Shown piece after piece: positions 28,076-37,754 of a stretch of 42,120 bases of DNA. The notes beneath the pieces were generated by a model. It made no database searches. It was not told the origin of the DNA and worked only from the letters and a program-made list of their open reading frames with translations. This DNA is from a virus (lineage: Duplodnaviria; Heunggongvirae; Uroviricota; Caudoviricetes): the IMG/VR virus record IMGVR_UViG_2534681763_000019; one strand, written 5' to 3'. Both the position numbers and the translations under genes were made by a program. Positions within the stretch are counted from its first letter, which is position 1. Each line of letters starts with the position of its first letter.

Positions 28076-30514
28076 TTAATACAGGTTCCGCCACTTATCA
28101 TCTTCCTGTAAACGCTGATTCCGATAGAAGATACGCAGGCCAGCCCCTGACGGAATACTGCCTCCGCGAAGGAGTAAATCGACCTCTTTCTCGCTGCCAT
28201 CAAATCCTCTGGACTTCAGTTCATAGACGAGCTGCTGTCGCTGATGGTCTGTAATTCGCTGTTTGTAGTCTTTGCGCCGTTTCGGTTTCACCTGGCGTAA
28301 CCTTGCAGCCAGTTCCCGACGCTCTTTTTTGCTCATACTGTGCAGATAATCGTGCAACTCCTTGTCATCCTGGCGGGTAATGTCAGTTCTGGTGTCCCCA
28401 TCAGCTGATTTATCTTTCTCCTGTTGGTTCAAATTTTCAGCAAGGGGACAGTTATTGCCACGAGTCCGAGTCCGAGTCCGAGTCCGAGTCCAAGGGGCGC
28501 AAGCGCCCTTGTCGGCTGCCGCCTCCTGAACGTCAACGGCCTTACGAACCATTTTCCACTTCACTGCATGAGTGCAGATCTTGCCCTCTGCAATGGGTGA
28601 CCAGATGCCATAAATACGAATACCGTGATCGCCATAGGCGGTCGGCTCTTCGTTGATTTCATAAGCAGTTCTGATGAGGTGATATTTGCGGGGAACCAGT
28701 ACGCCGCCCTGCTTCATGATGTAGGTGGCAAAACAACCAGCATCAGCAGCAGCCAGGATTGCATCAAGGCGCGGGTTATCCAGTACCGGCGCACCTGCTT
28801 TTTTGTCCCCCTGCTGCCTTGCCGCCTGACCAGCCAGCAATCGCAGTTCACGGTAAGCCTGACGCCCCGGAATGCCAAAGAAGCGGAATTGCTGAACACG
28901 ATGCAGAGACGCCCAAGCATTAACGTATTCAGCGTTATCACGCAGGGATTTACCCGTTTCCTTGCTGATCTCGCCAGCCAGACCACGCCCGTCAATGTTC
29001 TTACTGATGTATTTCGCGATGTAGCTTGTTGGCGTACCTTTGCGCGGGTTTATCAGCTCGGACTTAAAGCGTGGTCCCGTGTTATTACCCAGCTCCTCGC
29101 GGTCTTCACGAATGGCAAACTTACGCAACAAAGCAGTAATGGCGCGGCGATCTTTTTTGCGCATAAAACACAACAGGTGCCAGTGAACTGTACCGTCGTG
29201 ATGCGGCTCAGCCACCCGCACGCCATACCAGCGCAACCCGGCTTTGTGCATCGCCTTACGAAATGCAGCAAACATACCGACCAGATAATCACTGCTTTGT
29301 CTTACCGTCGCATTTGTCCAGGTTGGGTTGGGCCTGCCGTTATTTAGCGTGGAATGGAAACGTGACGGACAGGTGATGGTGTAGAAAACGGCGCAGTCAC
29401 CGCGCATTTCCGCGATAAGCTCCAGACCTTTAACACAGGCCATCATCTCATTGCGGCGATGCGCAGGGTTGCTGCTGCTGGCGTTTACCACATCCTCCAT
29501 GTCCAGCGTGTCGCCGTCTTCGTTCACCAGTTCATGAGAACGGAAAAACTCCAGCGACTTACGGCGCTGCTCACGTTTATGCATCACGGCTTCATAGCTG
29601 ACATAAGGAGATGCTTTTTTGCTAACCAGGCAGACAGCGCGCAACTGCTCTTCCCGCCATTCGCAACGCATCTTCCATAATTTCCGATACCACCAGTCGG
29701 CGCACAACATACGCGCCAGCGAACCCGGAATGAGTTCATAGGGCACGGGTTTACGGCGGTTTCTTTTCCGACGGAGTTGCTCAAACGCAGGCGGGATAAC
29801 ATCCAGACGCAGGGTTTCCGCTGCCACCTTTTCCCACGTCTTGCGGATTTCTTCTGGCTTAACGTCATCGGTGGCATACAAATCACCACAAGCGGCATCA
29901 AGGCACATGCTCATATGCGCAGCAACAAGGGTAGACAGACGCTTCACCTGATCCTGACTCATTTCAGGCAGGATCAGCAGGCCGTCCAGCCCTTCATGGC
30001 TTGCCATAAAGCGAAAAGAAGTGGATAGCTGACAGTCGCGTACATGCTCCAGTCGTTCCAGACATGGCTTAATCGTCTCACGCAAATAGCGGGAATAAGC
30101 CTTTGGCCTGCCCAGGCTGCTGAAGTATTCAATACGTTGCATCAGCGGCTTGCTGATATGGGAAGGCTGGGCATTGACGTCCGCCAGAATGACCATATCT
30201 GGATTAAAACGCTGCTGCTCATGCGCCAGCTTTGCCCGGCTAATGAGTTTATCCTGCTCCATTTCGCGTTGGACAGGATCACGGGATTCATTAAAGAAAT
30301 AACGCTCCCAGACCTGATCACTCAGTGCCTCGCGGCGCAGTTGTTCCAGCTCGTTATCGACAGCGTACAGAGTGATCAGGTTTGAAAGCGCAGAAACCGG
30401 CGCAACTTCCGCCGGGTCCAGATAAGGGTTAATGGCCTTTTTCGGGCTGTTCCATGAGAATGCTGCGGCGACCTCGTTAAAGCCGCTGCAGTTGTTCATA
30501 TCAGCATGGCTCAT
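28076..30514 (-). CDS. A: Replication initiation protein A (rolling-circle nickase)
   Basis: 812-aa ORF with HUH-like motif (TVHWHLLCF); largest early gene, coupled to the upstream dam gene by 4-nt overlap. Confidence 0.85.
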   Translation of the reverse strand: MSHADMNNCSGFNEVAAAFSWNSPKKAINPYLDPAEVAPVSALSNLITLYAVDNELEQLRREALSDQVWERYFFNESRDPVQREMEQDKLISRAKLAHEQQRFNPDMVILADVNAQPSHISKPLMQRIEYFSSLGRPKAYSRYLRETIKPCLERLEHVRDCQLSTSFRFMASHEGLDGLLILPEMSQDQVKRLSTLVAAHMSMCLDAACGDLYATDDVKPEEIRKTWEKVAAETLRLDVIPPAFEQLRRKRNRRKPVPYELIPGSLARMLCADWWYRKLWKMRCEWREEQLRAVCLVSKKASPYVSYEAVMHKREQRRKSLEFFRSHELVNEDGDTLDMEDVVNASSSNPAHRRNEMMACVKGLELIAEMRGDCAVFYTITCPSRFHSTLNNGRPNPTWTNATVRQSSDYLVGMFAAFRKAMHKAGLRWYGVRVAEPHHDGTVHWHLLCFMRKKDRRAITALLRKFAIREDREELGNNTGPRFKSELINPRKGTPTSYIAKYISKNIDGRGLAGEISKETGKSLRDNAEYVNAWASLHRVQQFRFFGIPGRQAYRELRLLAGQAARQQGDKKAGAPVLDNPRLDAILAAADAGCFATYIMKQGGVLVPRKYHLIRTAYEINEEPTAYGDHGIRIYGIWSPIAEGKICTHAVKWKMVRKAVDVQEAAADKGACAPWTRTRTRTRTRGNNCPLAENLNQQEKDKSADGDTRTDITRQDDKELHDYLHSMSKKERRELAARLRQVKPKRRKDYKQRITDHQRQQLVYELKSRGFDGSEKEVDLLLRGGSIPSGAGLRIFYRNQRLQEDDKWRNLY
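28461..28491. repeat. Hexanucleotide tandem repeat (CGAGTC)x5 inside gene A
   Basis: cgagtccgagtccgagtccgagtccgagtcc; encodes (TR)5 in the A protein and contains five tandem GAGTC pentamers. Confidence 0.9.
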
Positions 30515-31368
30515 GCACGCACTCCGTACACGGCAGAACTATCCACTCCACGCGAAGGATCAAATCCCACCCAGCAGCGCGGCCCGGAAACAGCGATGAT
30601 TTCTGTTGCAGATTTACTCTCACCAGCTGCTACGCCGATGCTGCGTTTTGCCTTGATGTAGTGGTGAGTAAAATTGCGATACAGCGAACGGATCAGGGAT
30701 GTGTCACTGTTAGAAACAATGACCGGATGTCCTTCTGATGACCGATGTTCAAGAACGGATGCCAGGTGATACTGGTCATCTTCAGTGAAACCATCAGTGT
30801 GATAGCCGGAAAACGTACCGTCATACGGCGGATCGCAATACACCACATCCCCCACCTGCAGCATCGCCAGCGTTTCATCAAAGCTCGCGCAGATAAACGT
30901 TGCCCGCTTGGCTTTCTCTGCAAATGCGCGAATTTCTTTTTCAGGGAAATACGGATTTTTATAATTACCGTAGGGAATATTGAAATGCCCGCTCTTGTTA
31001 TAGCGACATAAACCACGGTAACCGTGACGATTGAGATACAGGAAATATACCGCTTTCATGAAATCAGTAATTTCAGTTGAGTAATTAAACTCCTGCCTTA
31101 TGTTGTAATAAGCCACCTCCCTGTTTGCGATCTCAAATAAAACTCTGGCGCGAGATATAAACGATTCACAATCAGCGGCAACCTTTTTATAGAGGTTGAT
31201 TAAATCAGGATTAATATCCGCAACCAGATAACTGGGATAATCCGTCTCCATCATCACAGCACAGGAACCCGCGAAAGGTTCAACCAGTCGCGGGCCAGCA
31301 GGAAGATGTTTTTTCAGTTCTGACATTATGGCAGTTTTATTTCCCGCCCATTTCAGGATGGTGCTCAT
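30511..31368 (-). CDS. dam: DNA adenine methyltransferase (Dam-like, orphan)
   Basis: Translation from [11 protein letters not shown]... has the Dam-family N-terminus (WAGNK...EPFAGS) and catalytic DPPY; start overlaps the upstream stop as ATGA; no cognate restriction gene adjacent. Confidence 0.8.
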   Translation of the reverse strand: MSTILKWAGNKTAIMSELKKHLPAGPRLVEPFAGSCAVMMETDYPSYLVADINPDLINLYKKVAADCESFISRARVLFEIANREVAYYNIRQEFNYSTEITDFMKAVYFLYLNRHGYRGLCRYNKSGHFNIPYGNYKNPYFPEKEIRAFAEKAKRATFICASFDETLAMLQVGDVVYCDPPYDGTFSGYHTDGFTEDDQYHLASVLEHRSSEGHPVIVSNSDTSLIRSLYRNFTHHYIKAKRSIGVAAGESKSATEIIAVSGPRCWVGFDPSRGVDSSAVYGVRA

Positions 31369-31592
31369 ACAGCACCTCCGTTGTAATGTTTGCCTTTCAG
31401 CTCTGCGATTTCCTGACAGGTAATGCAAAGCTGCACACCCGGAATGGCACGGCGGCGTGCTGGCGGAATTGGCGCTTCACACTCAATGCAAAGCACGCGG
31501 GACACGCCCGGCGTTTTGGCACGGGCAGCATGGATATGACGCTGGCGTTCTTCTTCAACGCGCTGCTGTACGAGATCCATTGCATCAGCCAT
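31365..31592 (-). CDS. TraR/DksA-family C4 zinc-finger protein
   Basis: 75-aa ORF with CIECEAPIP...CITCQ (C-x2-C ... C-x2-C). Confidence 0.65.
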   Translation of the reverse strand: MADAMDLVQQRVEEERQRHIHAARAKTPGVSRVLCIECEAPIPPARRRAIPGVQLCITCQEIAELKGKHYNGGAV

Positions 31593-31831
31593 TAGTGGAT
31601 CTCCTGCGCTTCGTTCTGGATTGCTTCAGCAGTCACACGAAGCAGTTCTGCCGCTTCGACGTGGTTTAGCTGGCGGGATGTGATATGACACGCCAGGCTA
31701 TCAAGGCGAGCTGCCATTGCTTCAGCCCTTGCCCGGCGTTCTTCCAGACGAGCCTCTGTCAGTAAAATATTAAGCCCTGCGTCATCCGGTCCGGTTTTGG
31801 TCGTGAGGGTTTCAATATTACGCATAATCAA
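31592..31831 (-). CDS. Hypothetical early protein
   Basis: 79-aa ORF in the early operon, helical/Ala-rich. Confidence 0.5.
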   Translation of the reverse strand: MIMRNIETLTTKTGPDDAGLNILLTEARLEERRARAEAMAARLDSLACHITSRQLNHVEAAELLRVTAEAIQNEAQEIH

Positions 31832-31892
31832 TTCTCCTGAATTTAGATAAAGGGATACCCGGCGGGTTTACGCCATTAATTTCATTAGTTGG

Positions 31893-32234
31893 TTAATTCG
31901 GCATGGTTAGCCGTCTGGGAAATAAGCTCACCACTGCACGAAAATGATTCATTGCTTTAATCAACTCCCGCTTTTCGTCAGTGGTCAGCTCATTAATGCT
32001 GATGCTATGACGTTCAGCTGGAATTTTTGCCATAAAGAATATAGCAGCCAGTGCCCGTTTATTTTGTTCGTTATTGATATCCCGTGGATCACGCATATCT
32101 TTAATAAACCGCTCAAGCTCTGACTCAATATTCAGGCCAAATACTTTCGCCCTTAACTCCGCAATGTGATTAAGTCCATTCAGGCGTTCACCGGGGCTTA
32201 ATGGAACAGTCGCCGCAGCGCTTTCAATAGCCAT
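31893..32234 (-). CDS. Hypothetical early protein
   Basis: 113-aa ORF in the early operon. Confidence 0.5.
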   Translation of the reverse strand: MAIESAAATVPLSPGERLNGLNHIAELRAKVFGLNIESELERFIKDMRDPRDINNEQNKRALAAIFFMAKIPAERHSISINELTTDEKRELIKAMNHFRAVVSLFPRRLTMPN

Positions 32235-32316
32235 TTATGCATCCCCACAACACATCTACTAAAAAATTTTTGATATGATCCATTACCAACATATTGATAG
32301 CTAGAAGGAATCATCA

Positions 32317-32565
32317 ATGTTGAACCCGGTTGAAAGAGAGCGTATAGAGCAACTTGAAAACGAGATCTCCAGTCTTCGCGATGAGGTTGCTGTTCAACGA
32401 ATTCTTGTTTCAGGTCTGATCCACTCCTTATTTCGAACTGACTCAGCAAATCAATCAGCATTTTTTGAGCTCCTCCGCGAAGAATTAAACAAACTTCCTT
32501 TAGGTTCGGTTAAACAACAAGAATTCACTCATCTGATACAGACACTGATAGATCGTTACCGATAA
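32317..32565 (+). CDS. Hypothetical coiled-coil protein, opposite strand within early region
   Basis: 82-aa ORF with RBS (aaggaa) 7 nt upstream and a plausible promoter (TTGATA...TATTGAT); looks more protein-like than the antisense ORF 32198-32461. Confidence 0.4.
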   Translation: MLNPVERERIEQLENEISSLRDEVAVQRILVSGLIHSLFRTDSANQSAFFELLREELNKLPLGSVKQQEFTHLIQTLIDRYR

Positions 32566-32780
32566 ATATTTCGCCGATAACGTTCAAGAGGTGATGTCTT
32601 TATACGCATCACTTCTTGTACTTTTTCACCACGTATAAAGGTTCCATCCTTTAGCGTGAAAAAGTAGCTACCATCGCCCGACAACGACGGATAGCAACAG
32701 AGCAAATCATCTTCAGGTACTGAATAATTCTCCCCTCTGTAACGAAAGTGATAAACCACTTCATTTTCTGCCGCATACAT
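32556..32780 (-). CDS. Hypothetical early protein
   Basis: 74-aa ORF downstream of cII; an out-of-frame ORF (32651-32977) overlaps its 5' end so boundaries are uncertain. Confidence 0.4.
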   Translation of the reverse strand: MYAAENEVVYHFRYRGENYSVPEDDLLCCYPSLSGDGSYFFTLKDGTFIRGEKVQEVMRIKTSPLERYRRNIYR

Positions 32781-32954
32781 TTGGACTTTCTCCGTTTCCT
32801 CGTGATCAATTCAGACAGCAATTCATCTTGTGAACGGCACGGATGCCAGCGTTTACCATCCTCACCCATGATCCAGCCGTGACCGTAGTGCATTGCCGGG
32901 CTTTGTTTTACCAGCAGCGATGCAAATGATGGTTCTTTCGTCAGCATAAGCACC

Positions 32955-33464
32955 TCACAGCAAACCGAATGAAGCACCGAGGCCAGTCACGGTATCAACT
33001 GCACTCGCCATCGCAGGATTAGCCTGTAAACGGGCCTGCAATGAAACAGCCGCCAGCGCCATCAGTCGTGTTACAGAGTTAATGCTGCTGATAGCATCAC
33101 GACGACCGGCACAGGTTTTTACATCGCCAGATACCGCACCTGCAGCAACACGCCCGATCTCTGCGGTTGCACTCATGACGTAATGTGGCAGTTTCTCTTT
33201 TGCCACCTCATTAATCGGTACACATGGCAGACAATGAATCTGTGCCAGAAAACCATCTACCAGCGTTGAATCTTCAGTCAGATCGGTAAGCAGCCAGATT
33301 TCTGGTGCGGTTAATAAATGAGGCTGAGCTGGGTTCAGCTTGTTCCGCAGAATCTGCACATTCATGCCTGCACGTTCTGCCAGTTGCACCAGGTTGTGAC
33401 GCAGTGCAAAAGCCCTACAGGCTTCATCGAAATGCGGATGTTTGGAAATCTTGTAATCAAACAT
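32955..33464 (-). CDS. cII: CII-like lysogeny establishment regulator (186 family)
   Basis: 169-aa ORF, same length as 186 CII, with strong resemblance to my recollection of it ([20 protein letters not shown]...[16 protein letters not shown]...); follows apl as in 186. Confidence 0.7.
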   Translation of the reverse strand: MFDYKISKHPHFDEACRAFALRHNLVQLAERAGMNVQILRNKLNPAQPHLLTAPEIWLLTDLTEDSTLVDGFLAQIHCLPCVPINEVAKEKLPHYVMSATAEIGRVAAGAVSGDVKTCAGRRDAISSINSVTRLMALAAVSLQARLQANPAMASAVDTVTGLGASFGLL

Positions 33465-33496
33465 GGTGCCCCCTTAGAAAGTTCCCATAATTGAAC

Positions 33497-33739
33497 TTAC
33501 TTACCAACAATGACGCGGAAGTTGGAATGACCGAGGGATTCACGGACCTGATCAGTTTTGTACATCAGATAACGAAGGCTTACGCGGCCTTTATTTTTTT
33601 CTTTCTTGACCATGTACTTAGCAAGTTGACCATGGTGAATTTTTTGGTAAACAGAGCCACGGGAAATGCCCTCCCACTCTGCGAACTCTGCAGGCGTAGC
33701 CATCTCTTTTGGTACACGAATTGAAATATCAGTACTCAT
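33497..33739 (-). CDS. apl: Apl/Cox-like excisionase-repressor (HTH)
   Basis: 80-aa ORF, first gene of the rightward early operon divergent from cI; HTH-like segment ATPAEFAEWEGISRGSVYQKI. Confidence 0.65.
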   Translation of the reverse strand: MSTDISIRVPKEMATPAEFAEWEGISRGSVYQKIHHGQLAKYMVKKEKNKGRVSLRYLMYKTDQVRESLGHSNFRVIVGK

Positions 33740-33860
33740 AGTGCAGTATCTCTTACTTTGTGTGCGTGTTAGTTCGTTTTAGCTCGTCTCTTTAACTCTC
33801 ATATCAAGAGACATGAAGACATTACGATCTTGATTCAAGATTGTCAAATGGAGATTACCA
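33740..33860. promoter_or_regulatory. Lysis-lysogeny switch region (divergent promoters and operator-like palindromes)
   Basis: Intergenic region between divergent apl and cI; contains palindrome TCTTGATTCAAGA and inverted repeat ATCAAGA...TCTTGAT. Confidence 0.5.
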
Positions 33861-34493
33861 ATGTTAAACATCAGAATGGGTTCCGATACGGGAGGTAAGG
33901 CAGCTATTGAGAGGCTGCTTGAGGCTTATGGATTCACAACTAAGCAGGCATTAAGCGAGCACCTGAATGTCTCAAAAAGTACTATGGCAAACAGAGTGTT
34001 ACGTGACAGTTTTCCTGCTGACTGGATAATTCAGTGTGCACTAGAAACCGGTGTTTCGTTACTTTGGTTAGCCACAGGACAGGGAAGCATGAAAGAAGGA
34101 TACGAGCCTGAGAAAAGATCTCATAACGAGAACAAACAAGCAATTAAACCGTTATCCAAACTCATAACTCCATCTATTCCTAAAGGAACCTTGGAAAATG
34201 GACAACTCAGTATTGATGAAGAGATTTTCCTAGACCACAGCATATTACCTGCAGATTATGAAGAATCGATGTTCTTAGAAACCCCTACTGATTGTTATCT
34301 CATCGATAAATCAGTTAAACAAGTCAGCAATGGATTCTGGCTTATCAATATTGATGGAATGATTATTATTGCAAAAATCATGCGGATTCCCGGCAATAAG
34401 ATTGTAGTAAATCAAGATGAAGCATCTTTCGAGTGCTCTGCTGATGATGTGGAAGTTATTGGGCGTGCAGTCAAAGTAATAAAGAGTATCTAA
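33861..34493 (+). CDS. cI: CI-like immunity repressor
   Basis: 210-aa ORF divergent from apl and directly upstream of int; N-terminal HTH-like segment (LSEHLNVSKSTMANRV). Confidence 0.7.
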   Translation: MLNIRMGSDTGGKAAIERLLEAYGFTTKQALSEHLNVSKSTMANRVLRDSFPADWIIQCALETGVSLLWLATGQGSMKEGYEPEKRSHNENKQAIKPLSKLITPSIPKGTLENGQLSIDEEIFLDHSILPADYEESMFLETPTDCYLIDKSVKQVSNGFWLINIDGMIIIAKIMRIPGNKIVVNQDEASFECSADDVEVIGRAVKVIKSI

Positions 34494-34495
34494 AC

Positions 34496-35512
34496 ATGAC
34501 TGTCAGAAAACAGCCAAACGGTAAATGGTTGTGCGAGTGCTATCCCAATGGACGCAATGGCAAGCGCGTGCGTAAGCAATTTGCTACGAAAGGCGAAGCC
34601 ATTGCTTTTGAAAGCTTCACAATGGAAGAAGTGAACAAAAAACCATGGCTGGGGGAAAAGGAAGATCGGCGACACCTATCAGAATTAATTGAGCAGTGGT
34701 ATTCCCTGTATGGTCAAACACTCGCAGACCCCAAGCGCCTCATGGCGAAACTTAGAATTATCTGTAATGGTCTAGGCGATCCCATCGCTTCAGAACTGAC
34801 AGCCGGTGACTTTACGAAATACCGCGAAGCACGGTTAAAAGGTGAAGTACGAAATGAAGATGGCACGTTTATGTCGCCCGTTAAGCCCCGCACGGTAAAC
34901 CTTGAACAGCGCAATCTATCATCTGTTTTTGGTACACTGAAAAAGTTGGGCCACTGGTCAGCCTCCAACCCGCTTGCTGGGCTGCCAACATTTAAAATTG
35001 CTGAGAGTGAATTGGCGTTCCTGACCCCGGAAGAAATTAAACGTCTGCTGGATGCCTGCGCCGATTCTCAAAGCTCCAGCCTGCTTTTGATTGCAAAAAT
35101 ATGCCTGGCCACCGGCGCACGCTGGAGCGAAGCCGAAAACCTGCAGAGTCATCAGGTATCAAAATACCGTATCACTTATACCAAGACCAAAGGCAAGAAA
35201 AACCGAACTGTGCCTATTTCTAAGGATTTATATGAAGAACTGCCTAAGAATAGGGGGAAGTTATTCACCCCATGCAGAAAAGCCTTTGAGCGTGCAGTAA
35301 AGCGGGCTGGTATCGATCTGCCAGAGGGTCAATGTACTCACGTTCTGCGTCATACATTCGCTAGCCATTTTATGATGAATGGTGGAAACATATTGGTTTT
35401 GCGGGATATCCTAGGACATTCAGATATAAAAATGACCATGGTCTATGCACACTTCGCCCCAGACCATTTAGAAGATGCCGTAACTAAAAATCCTTTATTT
35501 AATTTGAGGTAA
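34496..35512 (+). CDS. int: Tyrosine integrase (P2/186 family)
   Basis: 338-aa ORF with tyrosine-recombinase C-terminal motifs (ATGARWSE...HVLRHTFASHF...LGHSDIKMTMVYAH); adjacent to attR. Confidence 0.88.
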   Translation: MTVRKQPNGKWLCECYPNGRNGKRVRKQFATKGEAIAFESFTMEEVNKKPWLGEKEDRRHLSELIEQWYSLYGQTLADPKRLMAKLRIICNGLGDPIASELTAGDFTKYREARLKGEVRNEDGTFMSPVKPRTVNLEQRNLSSVFGTLKKLGHWSASNPLAGLPTFKIAESELAFLTPEEIKRLLDACADSQSSSLLLIAKICLATGARWSEAENLQSHQVSKYRITYTKTKGKKNRTVPISKDLYEELPKNRGKLFTPCRKAFERAVKRAGIDLPEGQCTHVLRHTFASHFMMNGGNILVLRDILGHSDIKMTMVYAHFAPDHLEDAVTKNPLFNLR

Positions 35513-35522
35513 GTAGTAATTT

Positions 35523-36191
35523 ATGAATAGCGAACTAGAGTTACTTATAAAAATATTATTCCCTTCCCTATCTGCCATTATATCCTTATTAGGGCTTAAA
35601 ACAGGGTGGACTTATAAAAAAGACAAACTATTCACATCACGTAAAAACATTAGCGAATTTTCATATCAGATGTATAAAAGCAGTGAAGATCCGACCTTCA
35701 AAAAACTGGCGGAAGATTACGGCATTGCTGCATTAACCAAAGATAACACATTGACAAAAAAACAAAGATTAATATTACTCAACACAACAAACCCCGTTAG
35801 CGATATAGATAATTATTCCAAATGTCAAAGTCTAATTTCCATTACCACCCATAAAGAAATATTCGCATGGAATAAAAAAAGATATAAATACAGCATATAT
35901 AGAAAATTAATAAAAATCATAACAACTCTAATTTACTTCATGAGCAGTCTCATCGTAGCACTTCCTTTCAGTTATTCTGTTGTAGTAAGTGCTAAGATGA
36001 TGGAGAAGATAAACCATCTAACTACTTGGCAATACTTTGGTTTAAGCAGCTATTTTGTGGTATCGGGAGTAGCAATATGCTTTATCTGCCTAGATAAGCT
36101 CTCCAAGATTAAGATCGCCGAGAGATTAATCGTTTCGAATAGGCGTTTAGGCGACAAATGCAGTGGCGGCACTTTGGCGGCAGAAAGTTAA
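35523..36191 (+). CDS. AT-rich membrane protein (moron between int and attR)
   Basis: 222-aa ORF, very low GC, hydrophobic helices (LFPSLSAIISLLGL, IITTLIYFMSSLIVALPF, YFGLSSYFVVSGVAICFICL). Confidence 0.6.
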   Translation: MNSELELLIKILFPSLSAIISLLGLKTGWTYKKDKLFTSRKNISEFSYQMYKSSEDPTFKKLAEDYGIAALTKDNTLTKKQRLILLNTTNPVSDIDNYSKCQSLISITTHKEIFAWNKKRYKYSIYRKLIKIITTLIYFMSSLIVALPFSYSVVVSAKMMEKINHLTTWQYFGLSSYFVVSGVAICFICLDKLSKIKIAERLIVSNRRLGDKCSGGTLAAES

Positions 36192-36276
36192 AAACCCATA
36201 AAACGGACAGACACCGTATAAATCTAACCAACTGAAAATCAAAGCAAATCATTGTTTTTACAGACATTGAAATGCT

Positions 36277-36321
36277 ATGTAGGAATTTCGGACGCGGGTT
36301 CAACTCCCGCCAGCTCCACCA
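36277..36321. repeat. attR: second copy of the 45-bp ssrA 3'-end repeat
   Basis: Exact copy of 1016-1060; followed by a terminator and a P4-like integrase gene. Confidence 0.8.
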
Positions 36322-36356
36322 CTTTTTAGTTGTTTGAAGTTCAATGAAGTCTACTA

Positions 36357-36390
36357 AGCCCACACAGCACAAGCTCTGCGGGCTTTTTTA
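36357..36390 (+). terminator. Rho-independent terminator downstream of attR
   Basis: Imperfect hairpin AGCCCACACAGC / GCTCTGCGGGCT followed by TTTTTTA. Confidence 0.5.
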
Positions 36391-36444
36391 CGTCTATTGT
36401 CGTCCAGTGAGAATTGCTGAGAACTACGAGTTATGGCACCCTGA

Positions 36445-37716
36445 ATGGGACCCACTAAGAAGGGTCCAAAAACCGAGGGTCCCAAAATGGCAAAAATCGC
36501 TAAGAAGCTCACTGACACTGAAATCAAAAGCACCAAGCCAGCCGATAAAGAAATCAACTTGTTTGACGGTGATGGTCTGATTCTACGAATCGCTCCTTTG
36601 GCGAAAGGAGGCAAGAAAAATTGGTATTTCAGGTATGCAGTACCAGTGAGCAAGAAAAGAACCAAAATGAGCCTTGGGACATATCCTCACCTTACCCTTG
36701 CAAGAGCCAGAGCCTTACGTGATGAATATCTCTCCTTTCTGGCAAATGGTGTTGATCCCCAAATCCATAACAACGATAAGGCGAAGGCATTAAAGAGTGC
36801 TACTGAGCACACTCTCCAAGCCGTAGCGCGGAAATGGTTAGATGAGAAGGTAAAGACATCAGGTATCTCACAAGACCATGCAGCAGACATCTGGCGCAGC
36901 TTAGAGAGAAATGTCTTTCCCGGTCTGGGTAATGTCCCTATCAATGAGATCCGACCTAAGCTCTTAAAACAACACCTTGATCCTATTGAGCAACGAGGCG
37001 TATTGGAAACTCTACGCCGTATCATTTCACGTCTGAATGAAATCTTCCGGTGGGCAGCTACTGAAGAACTTATTGAGTTCAACCCGGCTGACAACCTTGG
37101 TCAAAGATTCAGTAAACCAAAAAAGCAAAATATGCCTGCCCTTCCCCCAAGCGAATTGCCAAGGTTTATGGAATCTTTGACGAATGCGTCAATCCGGTTG
37201 GAAACACGTATGCTAATTGAATGGCAATTGTTGACATGGGTTCGTCCGGGTGAAGCCGTTCGCGCAAGGTGGTCTGATATTGATACAACCAACAGCATTT
37301 GGAACATTCCTGCTGATTTCATGAAAATGAAAAAGCTTCACAAAGTTCCTTTGAGTAAAGAAGCTTTGCGCATCCTTGAATTAATGAAATCAATAAGTGG
37401 GCATAGAGAATGGGTTTTCCCCAGCATAAAAGCGCCTCTTAATCATATGCATGAACAAACAGCCAACGCAGCTATCATCCGAATGGGGTTCGGAGGCGAG
37501 CTTGTAGCTCACGGTATGCGTTCTATTGCACGAACAGCGGCAGAGGAGGCTGGTAAATTCAGAGCTGAAGTTCTTGAGGCAGCGCTTGCCCACTCGAAAA
37601 AAGATGAAATTATCGCAGCATACAATCGTGCAGAATATCTGATAGAGCGACAGAGTTTGATGCAATGGTGGAGTGATTACGTTCAAGCTCAAAGATCAAA
37701 TGCTCTGGTAGCCTAA
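36445..37716 (+). CDS. P4/CP4-57-like tyrosine integrase
   Basis: N-terminus (MAKIAKKLTDTEIKSTKP...LFDGDGL...WYFRY) follows the P4-family integrase pattern (probable start at the internal Met, 36487); C-terminus has recombinase motifs (ELVAHGMRS...ALAHS...AYNRAEY); sits beside the ssrA att remnant like intA of CP4-57. Confidence 0.85.
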   Translation: MGPTKKGPKTEGPKMAKIAKKLTDTEIKSTKPADKEINLFDGDGLILRIAPLAKGGKKNWYFRYAVPVSKKRTKMSLGTYPHLTLARARALRDEYLSFLANGVDPQIHNNDKAKALKSATEHTLQAVARKWLDEKVKTSGISQDHAADIWRSLERNVFPGLGNVPINEIRPKLLKQHLDPIEQRGVLETLRRIISRLNEIFRWAATEELIEFNPADNLGQRFSKPKKQNMPALPPSELPRFMESLTNASIRLETRMLIEWQLLTWVRPGEAVRARWSDIDTTNSIWNIPADFMKMKKLHKVPLSKEALRILELMKSISGHREWVFPSIKAPLNHMHEQTANAAIIRMGFGGELVAHGMRSIARTAAEEAGKFRAEVLEAALAHSKKDEIIAAYNRAEYLIERQSLMQWWSDYVQAQRSNALVA

Positions 37717-37754
37717 GTATCAGAATAGCTAATATAATCCTGAAGGTAAAGAAA

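Noticed and set aside
28461-28491. Possible CRISPR-like or other spaced repeat array
   Set aside because: It is a contiguous hexanucleotide microsatellite inside a coding region, with no spacers and no repeat-spacer periodicity; not a CRISPR array.
28625-29347. 240-aa plus-strand ORF (and others) inside replication gene A
   Set aside because: Antisense to the 812-aa A gene, which is supported by the HUH motif and operon coupling; no independent signals.
32198-32461. 87-aa minus-strand ORF overlapping the plus-strand 82-aa ORF
   Set aside because: Translation looks non-protein-like and it overlaps the upstream gene by 37 nt; the plus-strand ORF has the better RBS and sequence character. Neither is certain.
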